A DNA stretch of 64,000 nt from an uncultured Eubacteriales bacterium (GTDB taxonomy: Bacteria > Bacillota > Clostridia > Oscillospirales > CAG-272), in the NCBI GenBank assembly GCA_910586545.1, contig CAJUIQ010000001.1:156157-220156 (forward strand), given 5' to 3'. Position 1 is the stretch's first letter; the number at the start of each line of letters is the position of its first letter. A model generated the notes under the pieces. The model did not search any database. It was given only the letters and a program-made list of their open reading frames with translations, and was not told where the DNA came from. The position numbers were made by a program, and so were the translations under genes. Below are positions 54,480 through 63,626 of the stretch, one piece after another.

Positions 54480-55781
54480 ATGCGAAATCATATTTCTGCT
54501 GAAATCATCTCCGTAGGGACGGAATTGCTCCTCGGAGATATTACCAATACAAATACAGCATACCTTGCCCGCCGTTTGGCTGAGTTGGGTATCCCGCTCT
54601 ATCGTCAAACGGTGGTGGGAGATAACGCTGCCCGCCTGACACAGGCGCTGCAGGAAGCGTACAGCCGCAGCCGGTTGGTAATCCTCACCGGGGGCCTGGG
54701 CCCTACCTGCGATGATATCACAAAAGAAACGGTAGCAGCGTATTTTTCTTTGCCTATGGAGGAGGATACGCCTACTAAAGAAGCTATCGTATCCTATTTC
54801 CATACAAAGGGCCGCTCCTTTACAGAAAACAATTTAAAGCAATGTTTGGTGCCAGTGGGCGCTACCGTGTTTACAAATAGCTGGGGAACTGCGCCAGGAA
54901 TCGGCATTGAGCAGGATGGAAAATACGCCGTTCTGCTGCCTGGCCCGCCCCATGAACTAAAGCTGATGTTTGAAGAGACGGTGCTGCCGTGGCTTTCCCG
55001 TCTGTCGTCCGATACGCTTTATTCTCTAAATCTGCATCTGACAGGTATCGGGGAAGGGGAGGCGGAAGCTGTGCTTCGGGAAATGATGGATGCAGGGGAA
55101 AACCCGACAATTGCTCCCTATGCCGGAGAAGACGACGTCCGCATTCGTATTACAGCCCGTGCGGAGAATGAAGCGCAGGCAAAAGAAATGTGCGCAGCCG
55201 CGGCAGAGAAAATTCGGGAAACCGCTGTTGGAAAATATATTTTTGCCAGCACGGACACCCCTGAGGCAGCTGCGGCAGTGGTGGAGCGCACGTTGCTGTC
55301 TGTTTTTTTTAAGAAGGGCTTGACGTTTGGCGCGGCGGAATCCTGTACCGGCGGCATGGTTTGCCAGCGGATTACCGCTCTGCCTGGGGCGTCGTCTGTT
55401 TTACAGGGGGGTATTGTATCCTACGCCAACGAAGTAAAAACAGGCGTGCTGGGCGTGTCTAGGGATATTTTGCATACGCATGGAGCAGTGTCCGAACCCT
55501 GTGCCGCGCAGATGGCTAGAGGCGCCGCTGCGCAGCTTGGATGTGATATTGCCGTGGCGGTTACTGGAATCGCCGGCCCGGATGGGGGAACGGCGGAAAA
55601 GCCTGTTGGCACCGTTTGCTTTGCGGTTGTCTGCGGCGCGGCGTTGGGCGGCAAGGTGCGGACTTGTACGGAGCATTACCGCAGCGGCCTGACTAGAGAG
55701 CGGATTCGTCGGCTAGCTTCCGGAAAAGCAATGCAGTTGGCTATCGCCGCAGCAAAAGAGGCGGGAGATCGGCAAGTATGA
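54480..55781 (+). CDS. cinA: competence/damage-inducible protein CinA (MoCF + PncC domains)
   Basis: AEIISVGTELLLG..NTN N-terminus, and C-terminal AAESCTGG...AVTGIAGP. Confidence 0.88.
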   Translation: MRNHISAEIISVGTELLLGDITNTNTAYLARRLAELGIPLYRQTVVGDNAARLTQALQEAYSRSRLVILTGGLGPTCDDITKETVAAYFSLPMEEDTPTKEAIVSYFHTKGRSFTENNLKQCLVPVGATVFTNSWGTAPGIGIEQDGKYAVLLPGPPHELKLMFEETVLPWLSRLSSDTLYSLNLHLTGIGEGEAEAVLREMMDAGENPTIAPYAGEDDVRIRITARAENEAQAKEMCAAAAEKIRETAVGKYIFASTDTPEAAAAVVERTLLSVFFKKGLTFGAAESCTGGMVCQRITALPGASSVLQGGIVSYANEVKTGVLGVSRDILHTHGAVSEPCAAQMARGAAAQLGCDIAVAVTGIAGPDGGTAEKPVGTVCFAVVCGAALGGKVRTCTEHYRSGLTRERIRRLASGKAMQLAIAAAKEAGDRQV

Positions 55782-57634
55782 AATATTTAGAAAATATCCA
55801 TTCTCCAAGAGATTTGCAGGGAATGGGTCCGGCTCAGTTGGACGCCCTGGCGGCGGAGATCCGGGAAAAAATTTTGTCCTGCGTGTCAGAGACGGAGGGA
55901 CATTTGGCGTCTAATTTGGGGATGGTAGAAGCTACCATCGCCCTGCATCGGGTATTTGACAGCCCTAGAGATTCTATTTTGTTTGATGTGGGCCACCAGG
56001 CTTATGCCCATAAGCTGCTTACTGGCCGGTACGAGGCCTTTGATACCATTCGCCAATTTGGAGGGATATCTGGCTTTACCAACCGGGAAGAAAGCGCCCA
56101 CGATGTGCTTACCGCCGGACACAGCGGCAGTGCGCTGCCGGCAGCCTTGGGTATTGCTCGTGCGGCGATCATGGAGGGATCAGACCGCTACGCGATAGCT
56201 GTTGTGGGTGATGGCTCTTTTACCAACGGTATGGTATATGAGACCCTCAACTGCTGTGCAGACGAGGGAGTACGTTTGATTGTACTGCTCAACGACAACG
56301 AAATGTCTATTTCCAAAAATGTGGGAAGCATGTCCAGGCATTTTTCCCGGCTGCGCACCTCCCGCAGGTATTTTTCCTTTAAGCGACAGCTGCAGGCGGC
56401 GTTGCGAAAGCTCCCCTATATAGGAGAGGGACTGATTATGGTCGCCTATCATATAAAAGAATTCTTTAAGCGCCATATTATGAAAACCAATTTATTTGAA
56501 AATATGGGGTTGTATTATTTGGGACCGGTGGACGGCAACGATGAGAAAAAAATTGAGTTGCTCCTCCGCGAGGCCAAAACAAAAGACCGGTGTACGCTCA
56601 TCCACATGATCACTTTAAAGGGAAAGGGATATGCACCGGCGGAAGAGCATCCGGCCCAGTATCATTTTGCAGGTGGATTTGATCCGGCAAAGGGAGTATG
56701 TACGCCGCGGGGACGCACGTTCTCTTCCGTATTTGGCAGCCATTTGTGTGCGTTGGCGCTGGATAACCCCCATATTGCGGCGGTAACTGCGGCTATGGAC
56801 AAGGGAACGGGGCTGACCAACTTTAAATATATGTTTCCAGATCGTTTTTTCGATATGGGAATCGCGGAGGAAGCAGCCGCGACCTTTGCGGCCGGACTTG
56901 CCATCGGGGGCGGCGTGCCGGTATACGCGGTATACTCCACGTTTTTGCAGCGTGCTTTCGACCAGCTATGCGAAGATGTGGCTATGCAGAATATCCATGC
57001 GGTAATCGCCATTGACCGAGCAGGAATTGTTCCCGGAGACGGAATCACCCATCAGGGCGTTTATGACGTGTCGCTTCTTTCTTCTATTCCTGGCGTTACT
57101 TTGTATGCTCCGGAAACCTATGAGGAACTGAAAACCTGTCTGAAGCGATGCGTATATGGAGAGGGACTCTGTGCGCTGCGATATCCGAAGGGAGAAGAAA
57201 TATCATATGACCGGACGCGGTTTGCTCCGGCGGATCAGGATATTGCTATATGGGACGCAGACAGCGCGGCAGACGCAGTGATTCTTACATATGGACGTCT
57301 TACCGGCCATGCCGTCGCCGCTGCCCAGCAGTTGGCGGGCACATGTAAAGTGCGTGTGGTCAAACTGCTGCGGCTGCTGCCGTTGGAACTTGAAAAAATC
57401 GCGGCGTTATGTGAAAATGCCTCTCTTGTATATGTATTGGAAGAAGGCGTGCGTAGCGGTGGTGTGGGAGAAGCGGTGGCTGCGTATTTTGCAAGGCGGC
57501 CGGAAATGCCGCCGGTGCATATCCGCTGTGTGGAGGGCTTTCTGCCTCATGGAGACCTGGAAAGCCTCTTTCGTTTGTGCGGCTTTCTGCCGGAGCAGAT
57601 TGCTGCGGAGATTTCTGTTGTTTTGCAGGATTGA
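55778..57634 (+). CDS. dxs: 1-deoxy-D-xylulose-5-phosphate synthase
   Basis: GHLASNLG, DVGHQAYAHKLLTGR and GDG..T..M..EALN-type ThDP motif. ATGA overlap with cinA. Confidence 0.92.
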   Translation: MKYLENIHSPRDLQGMGPAQLDALAAEIREKILSCVSETEGHLASNLGMVEATIALHRVFDSPRDSILFDVGHQAYAHKLLTGRYEAFDTIRQFGGISGFTNREESAHDVLTAGHSGSALPAALGIARAAIMEGSDRYAIAVVGDGSFTNGMVYETLNCCADEGVRLIVLLNDNEMSISKNVGSMSRHFSRLRTSRRYFSFKRQLQAALRKLPYIGEGLIMVAYHIKEFFKRHIMKTNLFENMGLYYLGPVDGNDEKKIELLLREAKTKDRCTLIHMITLKGKGYAPAEEHPAQYHFAGGFDPAKGVCTPRGRTFSSVFGSHLCALALDNPHIAAVTAAMDKGTGLTNFKYMFPDRFFDMGIAEEAAATFAAGLAIGGGVPVYAVYSTFLQRAFDQLCEDVAMQNIHAVIAIDRAGIVPGDGITHQGVYDVSLLSSIPGVTLYAPETYEELKTCLKRCVYGEGLCALRYPKGEEISYDRTRFAPADQDIAIWDADSAADAVILTYGRLTGHAVAAAQQLAGTCKVRVVKLLRLLPLELEKIAALCENASLVYVLEEGVRSGGVGEAVAAYFARRPEMPPVHIRCVEGFLPHGDLESLFRLCGFLPEQIAAEISVVLQD

Positions 57635-57698
57635 AATATTGTTTTTGCATGAATAGGTATATTTTTGAATCTATATATGCGAATTTGCATGATCTCTA

Positions 57699-57727
57699 TT
57701 GACACGATGCAAAATATGCATTATACT
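57699..57727 (+). promoter_or_regulatory. sigma-A promoter
   Basis: TTGACA-17 nt-TATACT. The spacer contains the palindrome ATGCAAAATATGCAT. Confidence 0.55.
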
Positions 57728-57768
57728 ATATAAAATTACAGTGCACAGTACAGAACGGAGGGCAGAGC

Positions 57769-59214
57769 GTGCAGAAAGAAACAAAGAAGAAGACGAAGCG
57801 GTTTCACGATGTAAATGGTGACCGGGACGGTAAGATTGAGTTTTCGGAAGTAACCAACTTAATTGAGCAAAGTGTGCATCATTATTCCCTGCAGGACAGG
57901 GACACCCCATATTTGTACCGGCAGCTGTACAGCTATGACGCGGTTCCACGTGTGTCCTTCAACCATCGATATGTGCCAATGAGTATGCCGGACGAAATCT
58001 GGATTACGGATACTACGTTCCGAGACGGGCAGCAGTCGCGGGCCCCATTTACGGTGGATCAGATTGTGGATCTGTTTACCATGATGCACAAGCTTGGCGG
58101 ACCAAAGGGACTGATCCGGCAGACAGAATTTTTTGTATACACGGAAAAGGATAGAGAGGCGCTGGCGCGCTGTATGGATCTGGGATATGAATTTCCCGAA
58201 ATCACCAGCTGGATCCGGGCGTCTACTCAGGATTTTCAACTGGTAAAAAGCCTGGGTATCAAGGAAACCGGCGTTCTGGTGTCCTGCAGCGATTATCATA
58301 TTTATAATAAAATGGGTCTGACCCGTGCCAAAGCGATGGACAAATATCTTGGGGTGGTTCAGGAAATTCTGGATATGGGTATCCGTCCCCGCTGCCATTT
58401 TGAGGACATCACAAGAGCGGATTTCTATGGCTTTGTGGTGCCTTTTGCAAACGAACTGCGCAAGCTTGGCGAGGCGGCGGGCATTCCGGTAAAAATTCGG
58501 GCCTGCGATACGATGGGTTATGGCGTTACCTATCATGGCGCGGCTCTGCCCCGAAGCGTTTCCGGGATCATTTATGGATTGATGCATTATGCGGGCATTG
58601 ACTCATCTATGCTGGAGTGGCATGGCCACAACGACTTTTATAAGGTGGTGCCCAATGCTGCTACGGCATGGCTGTATGGTGCGTCCAGCGTCAACTGTTC
58701 CTTGCTGGGAATCGGAGAGCGTACCGGTAACTGTCCCTTGGAAGCAATGGTGATGGAATATGCGTCCCTGCGTGGAACGCTGGACGGCATGGATCCAACC
58801 GTCATTACAGAAATTGCACGGTATTTTGAAAATGAAATCGGATATGAGATTCCCCCGCGTACGCCTTTTGTGGGGCACGATTTTAATGTCACCCGTGCGG
58901 GAATCCACGCAGACGGCCTGCTCAAAGACGAAGAAATCTACAATATTTTTAATACGCAATTGATTCTGAACCGGCCGGCGTCGGTAGCCATTGACGCGCA
59001 CAGCGGCCTTGCAGGGATCGCCCACTGGCTGAACGCCCAGCTGGAAGAGAAGGGAATCGACAAAACGTATGGCAAACGCAGCAGCGCAGTGATGAAGATC
59101 AAAGAGCTGGTAGACGCGGAGTATGCGGCTGGAAGAAATACTACCATGAGCGATTCGGAACTATATGCGATGGTACGGCAAGTGATTCCGGCGCTGGCGG
59201 AGCGGTTTCAATAG
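57769..59214 (+). CDS. HMGL-like (isopropylmalate/homocitrate synthase family) enzyme, probable Re-citrate synthase
   Basis: ITDTTFRDGQQS motif and H.HNDF metal site. The N-terminal extension and length match clostridial Re-citrate-synthase-type proteins. GTG start after GGAGGG. Confidence 0.7.
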   Translation: MQKETKKKTKRFHDVNGDRDGKIEFSEVTNLIEQSVHHYSLQDRDTPYLYRQLYSYDAVPRVSFNHRYVPMSMPDEIWITDTTFRDGQQSRAPFTVDQIVDLFTMMHKLGGPKGLIRQTEFFVYTEKDREALARCMDLGYEFPEITSWIRASTQDFQLVKSLGIKETGVLVSCSDYHIYNKMGLTRAKAMDKYLGVVQEILDMGIRPRCHFEDITRADFYGFVVPFANELRKLGEAAGIPVKIRACDTMGYGVTYHGAALPRSVSGIIYGLMHYAGIDSSMLEWHGHNDFYKVVPNAATAWLYGASSVNCSLLGIGERTGNCPLEAMVMEYASLRGTLDGMDPTVITEIARYFENEIGYEIPPRTPFVGHDFNVTRAGIHADGLLKDEEIYNIFNTQLILNRPASVAIDAHSGLAGIAHWLNAQLEEKGIDKTYGKRSSAVMKIKELVDAEYAAGRNTTMSDSELYAMVRQVIPALAERFQ

Positions 59215-59343
59215 AGATTTCCAGAAATTTTCTGAAAAAAGAAAATATCTATTGCATTTTTTCCTGCACCGTGCTATAATACATAGGCGTTCTATCTGAA
59301 CATATAATTTTTGTTTGTATATAGAAAGGTAAGGAGAAGCAAA

Positions 59344-59772
59344 ATGACAACAGCGCAGCTTGTAATTGGCATTGTTCTGATCGTATTTGCTGTTTTTTTG
59401 GTAATCGCAGTTCTGCTGCAGCAGGGTAAGGCGCACAATTTGTCCGGAACGATTGCCGGCGGTGCAGAGACCTTTTTTGGCAAGTCTAAAGCGCAGACGA
59501 TCAATAAGAAGCTTTCTATTCTGACCACCGTTGTTTCCATTATTTTTGTATTGCTGGTTTGTTCCGTATATATTATGCAGGATACCGGAGACGCTTCTGA
59601 CTTCGGCAGCTTCTGGGGAATGGTGTTCGGCGAGAATAAAGACGAAGATGCAAACGCCATTGACGATACCACAGCAGCAGAGACTACCGCCGAGGAAGAA
59701 ACGACAGCAGATACAGCAGATGAAGATGACACTACTGCGGATACTACAGCGGCAGATACCACTGCAGACTAA
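59344..59772 (+). CDS. secG: preprotein translocase subunit SecG with acidic T/A/D/E-rich C-terminal extension
   Basis: ..LVIAVLLQQGK... SecG core with two TM helices. AAGGAGA RBS. Confidence 0.8.
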   Translation: MTTAQLVIGIVLIVFAVFLVIAVLLQQGKAHNLSGTIAGGAETFFGKSKAQTINKKLSILTTVVSIIFVLLVCSVYIMQDTGDASDFGSFWGMVFGENKDEDANAIDDTTAAETTAEEETTADTADEDDTTADTTAADTTAD

Positions 59773-59784
59773 ATAATTGTTATA

Positions 59785-59811
59785 AAAAAGCCCTCGTAAG
59801 AGGGCTTTTTT
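59785..59811 (+). terminator. intrinsic terminator after secG
   Basis: Stem AAGCCCTC / GAGGGCTT followed by T6. Confidence 0.75.
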
Positions 59812-59957
59812 ATAACCCTTCTACTAGGGGGATTTTGACATTTATATAGATTTTATAGCTTTAAGAAAAATTATAAAAACGACGCTGTTCTTGACTTTCC
59901 CCTGCAAAGTGTGGTAAACTGACCACATATTGTATCGCGCAAAGGAGCATAGCACAT

Positions 59958-61982
59958 ATGCCAACGAAATTGGAAATCACTACAATCACCATGCCTTGTC
60001 AGCAAATGAATGGGGAGTCATCCCTGCCGCCGCTGTCCAAACTGAATTTTTGGCACAGAAATGGCGACTCCGGTCTTTCGGAAGACGACGAGCTGTTTAT
60101 CGGATACGGCCACGTTCCATCTCCCTTTCCCTATCGGATGCAGGACATGTACACTCGACCGCTGCAGGATACACAAATGCAGGCTGTGGTTTTGGAGAAC
60201 GAATATTTAATCGCTACCTTTCTGCCTCAGTGGGGCGGGAAGCTGATGTCCCTGTTTGATAAAGAAAAACAAAAGGATCTTTTATATAAAAATCCCGTTA
60301 TGCGGCCTTGCAATCTGGCTTTTCGAAACGCCTGGACCTCCGGCGGCGTAGAATGGAACTGCGGCATGTTTGGTCATCATGTACATACCTGTGAGCCTAT
60401 GTTTACGACTACAACAAAGCTGGACGACGGCACGCCTGTGCTGCGTATGTACGAATTTGAGCGTATCCGCCAGGTAGTGCAGCAAATGGACTTTTTTCTC
60501 CCGGCCGGATCCCGCGTTTTGTTTGCACGCAATCGGATCATCAACCCTCTCCCGGATGTAGTTCCTATGTATTGGTGGAGTAATATTGCCGTGCCGGAAA
60601 CGCCGGATACTCGAATTATTGTGGATGCGGACGGCGCGTATGTGGCGGACAATAACACTAGCCTTGCGCCCATTCCTGTGTATAACGGAGACGACGTAAC
60701 CTATCCCATCAACGTGCCGGCAGCAGGAGATTATTTTTATAATATTCCGCCTAAAAACAGAAAGTTTGAAGCCGCTGTAGACGCGGACGGATATGGCCTC
60801 ATCCATACGTCTACTATGCGTCTTAAGGGCCGAAAGCTATTCTGCTGGGGACAGAATCCCGGCGGCGACCGGTGGCAGGAATATCTTACTGAGGACGGCA
60901 GCGCCGACCGGTATGTGGAACTGCAGGCAGGGCTTGCCCATACCCAATATGAATGTATTCCTATGCCGCCCCATACAACTTGGGAATGGCTGGAAGCGTA
61001 CGGCGCACTGCAGGCCGACGGAGATAAAGTCCATGGGGAATGGGAAGGCGCGAAAGCAGAAGTGCGGCAGCGACTGAACGCTATCGTTACCGACGATGAA
61101 ATGGATCAAATTTTAGCGGATACGAAAAAAATGGCCACATCTGCTGCAACAGGAGAGATGATTCTTCAGGGAAGCGGCTGGGGGGCTTTGGAGAATATGC
61201 GTCGGAAGCAGCAAGGCCAGCCCTGTATGGCGCCTCATTTGGATTTTGGAACACCCGGTCCAGAGCAGGCGGACTGGATTTGCCTGCTAAAGCGGGGATT
61301 TTTTCCGGAGCATGCCCCCGGGGAAATCCCGCCTTCCTGGATGCTGCAGACGGAATGGGTGCGCATGATGGAAGCGGCGATAGAGGGGGGAGACAAATTC
61401 TCCTGGTATGCCCATCTGCAGCTTGGTATGACTTATCTGTGCATGAATCGTCTGGATGAAGCGGCCGGTCTGTTGGAAAAGTCTATGCTTCTCTGTCCGT
61501 CCTGCTGGGCGGTATATGGTATGGCGCATGTGCAGCGTCAAATGGAAAATCACGCAGCCGCGGCAACCCTTGCCGCTAAGGCTTATCGGATGCGCCCCAC
61601 AGATGTATCCCTTGCGAAGGAATCCATGGAACTGCTGGTTGACGCAAAAATGTATGAGGATGCCCTAGAACTTGCTGCTGAAATGGCTCCCGCTATGCGG
61701 ACAGTTGGCAGAGTACAATTGTATACTGCCCAGGCCCATATCCGACTGGACCACATTGAAGAGGCGGAAGCTGTATTATATGCAGCCGGGGGTGTGGCCC
61801 TTCCGGACATCCGTGAGGGAGAGCTGAGCATTACAGAGCTGTATTTGGACATTGCGGAAAAGAAAGCAGCTAGAGATGGGGTTCCTTTTGATCGGGAAAC
61901 GGCTCCCGTTCCGCCTGTTTTTGATTACCGGCAATGCGATAGTACCAGACGTCGTCCTGCTAGAAAACGGGTACGGGGATGA
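59958..61982 (+). CDS. DUF5107 domain protein with C-terminal TPR-like repeats
   Basis: ..SLPPL.....YPYRMQD.Y........VLENEYL...FLP..GGKL.S..DK pattern of DUF5107 (mutarotase-like), with a helical TPR-like C-terminus. Confidence 0.7.
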   Translation: MPTKLEITTITMPCQQMNGESSLPPLSKLNFWHRNGDSGLSEDDELFIGYGHVPSPFPYRMQDMYTRPLQDTQMQAVVLENEYLIATFLPQWGGKLMSLFDKEKQKDLLYKNPVMRPCNLAFRNAWTSGGVEWNCGMFGHHVHTCEPMFTTTTKLDDGTPVLRMYEFERIRQVVQQMDFFLPAGSRVLFARNRIINPLPDVVPMYWWSNIAVPETPDTRIIVDADGAYVADNNTSLAPIPVYNGDDVTYPINVPAAGDYFYNIPPKNRKFEAAVDADGYGLIHTSTMRLKGRKLFCWGQNPGGDRWQEYLTEDGSADRYVELQAGLAHTQYECIPMPPHTTWEWLEAYGALQADGDKVHGEWEGAKAEVRQRLNAIVTDDEMDQILADTKKMATSAATGEMILQGSGWGALENMRRKQQGQPCMAPHLDFGTPGPEQADWICLLKRGFFPEHAPGEIPPSWMLQTEWVRMMEAAIEGGDKFSWYAHLQLGMTYLCMNRLDEAAGLLEKSMLLCPSCWAVYGMAHVQRQMENHAAAATLAAKAYRMRPTDVSLAKESMELLVDAKMYEDALELAAEMAPAMRTVGRVQLYTAQAHIRLDHIEEAEAVLYAAGGVALPDIREGELSITELYLDIAEKKAARDGVPFDRETAPVPPVFDYRQCDSTRRRPARKRVRG

Positions 61983-62917
61983 TGCGTCTCGGAGTAAAGA
62001 CTACAGGCAGTATTATGCTGCTCTTGACCGCCATTATTTGGGGATGTTCTTTTGTGGCCCAAAGCGAGGCTATGGATTATATGGGGCCGCTCACCTTTCA
62101 GGCGGCCCGCAGCTTTGTAGGAGGCGCAGTGCTTGTCCCAGTTCTTCTTTTAGCCGGCAGGGGAAGGAAGAAATATCATGCTCCGCAGCAGATGCAGCAA
62201 AGCGGCGGTGGAAGAAAAAAGCTGTTTTTAGCTGGGACGCTTTGCGGCGTGGTTATGTTTGCCGCGGCTATGCTGCAGCAGTATGGGATTGCCTTTGGCA
62301 CCTCCGGCGGGAAAGCGGGATTTATCACAGCTACCTATATATTGTTGGTTCCATTGTTCGGCCTGTTTCGAGGCAAAAAAGTGACGCTTAAAATCTGGAT
62401 TTGTGTGCTTGCGGCTTTGTGCGGCTTGTACTTGCTGTGTATCACCGGTGGATTTTCCTTTGCGCCCAGCGATGGAATCGTATTATTGGGAGCAGTGTTT
62501 TGGGCGCTGCATATTTTGGTAATCGATCATCTGGCGCCTGGACTGGACGGAATCAGCCTTTCCTGCATTCAGTTTTTTGTATCCGGTGTGCTGGCCTGCG
62601 TGGGGATGTTTTTGTTTGAAACTCCCAGTTGGCAGCAGATTTTAGACGGATGGGTTACCATTGCTTATGTGGGTATTTTGTCCAGCGGTGTGGGCTATAC
62701 CTTACAGATATTAGGGCAGCAGCGAACAGCGCCTGCCGTTGCTTCTCTGCTGATGAGCTTTGAATCTGTGTTTGCGGTACTTGGGGGGATAGTGGTGCTG
62801 CATCAAATTCCTACCGCACGGGAATGGGTCGGCTGCACTCTAATGTTTGCAGCTGTCGTATGCGCGCAGATTCCTGGCAGGCGGGAGCGGCGTATTGCTG
62901 CGGAACCTGCACAATAG
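61979..62917 (+). CDS. DMT (EamA-type) family transporter
   Basis: 10 TM helices and duplicated EamA pattern. Start overlaps the upstream stop. Confidence 0.82.
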   Translation: MMRLGVKTTGSIMLLLTAIIWGCSFVAQSEAMDYMGPLTFQAARSFVGGAVLVPVLLLAGRGRKKYHAPQQMQQSGGGRKKLFLAGTLCGVVMFAAAMLQQYGIAFGTSGGKAGFITATYILLVPLFGLFRGKKVTLKIWICVLAALCGLYLLCITGGFSFAPSDGIVLLGAVFWALHILVIDHLAPGLDGISLSCIQFFVSGVLACVGMFLFETPSWQQILDGWVTIAYVGILSSGVGYTLQILGQQRTAPAVASLLMSFESVFAVLGGIVVLHQIPTAREWVGCTLMFAAVVCAQIPGRRERRIAAEPAQ

Positions 62918-62924
62918 TATAAAT

Positions 62925-62956
62925 AAAAAAAGAGGAGTATACTCCTCTTTTTTTAT
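62925..62956 (+). terminator. intrinsic terminator
   Basis: A-run, AGAGGAGTATACTCCTCT hairpin, then T7. Confidence 0.7.
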
Positions 62957-63018
62957 TTTGTCGCTATAGGCTCTACGAGCATCTATAGTGACAGTTCATA
63001 TTTTTTATAGAAACAAAT

Positions 63019-63060
63019 AATTCACATATATTTGTTAATTTTAACAAATATATGTGAATT
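63019..63060. promoter_or_regulatory. 42-bp near-perfect palindrome (20-bp arms, 2-nt spacer), candidate operator
   Basis: AATTCACATATATTTGTTAA-tt-TTAACAAATATATGTGAATT, ending 4 nt before the -35 box. Confidence 0.5.
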
Positions 63061-63064
63061 TGCG

Positions 63065-63093
63065 TTGACATATTTGCGCATATGTGTTAAAAT
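63065..63093 (+). promoter_or_regulatory. sigma-A promoter
   Basis: TTGACA-17 nt-TAAAAT upstream of the YhcH-family gene. Confidence 0.6.
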
Positions 63094-63119
63094 AATCAAA
63101 ATTACAATAGGAGAAAAAT

Positions 63120-63575
63120 ATGATATTTGACGCACTTGCCAATATAGAAAAGTATAAGGGAATCAGTGAGAATCTGGATCAGGCGATTGATTTTATTATG
63201 CAAACAGATTTTTTAAAAAGCGAAACGGGCCAAACAGATGTATGTGATGCTTTTTATTATACAAAGGCGATGGTACGGACAGGGGATATCTCCGCCGCCC
63301 CTTTTGAGGCCCACAAAAAGTTTATTGACATTTTTATTCCCCTTTCGGGAAGAGAAATTGTAAAAACGGCGGAGGTGAACAGTCTTACCGTTACATACGC
63401 GTATCAGGACGCAGACGATTTTTATCTTTTGGAAGGCAATACCCAAGCCAACGTGATCAACACGCCGGACACCTTTACGATTTTGTTTCCCCAGGACGCC
63501 CACAATTCTGCCGGCGGCGTGGATGGAGAAGTAATCGATTTTGAAAAGATCGTGGTGAAGGTGCGGGTATCGTAA
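63120..63575 (+). CDS. YhcH/YjgK/YiaL-family (DUF386) cupin protein
   Basis: MIFD.L.N...Y..... start, ..FEAHKKFIDI.., and C-terminal ..FPQDAH.. motif. Confidence 0.78.
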   Translation: MIFDALANIEKYKGISENLDQAIDFIMQTDFLKSETGQTDVCDAFYYTKAMVRTGDISAAPFEAHKKFIDIFIPLSGREIVKTAEVNSLTVTYAYQDADDFYLLEGNTQANVINTPDTFTILFPQDAHNSAGGVDGEVIDFEKIVVKVRVS

Positions 63576-63626
63576 AACAGACATGCATATATATAAAGTA
63601 CATCAGCGTAGAAAGGAAGAAACAAT

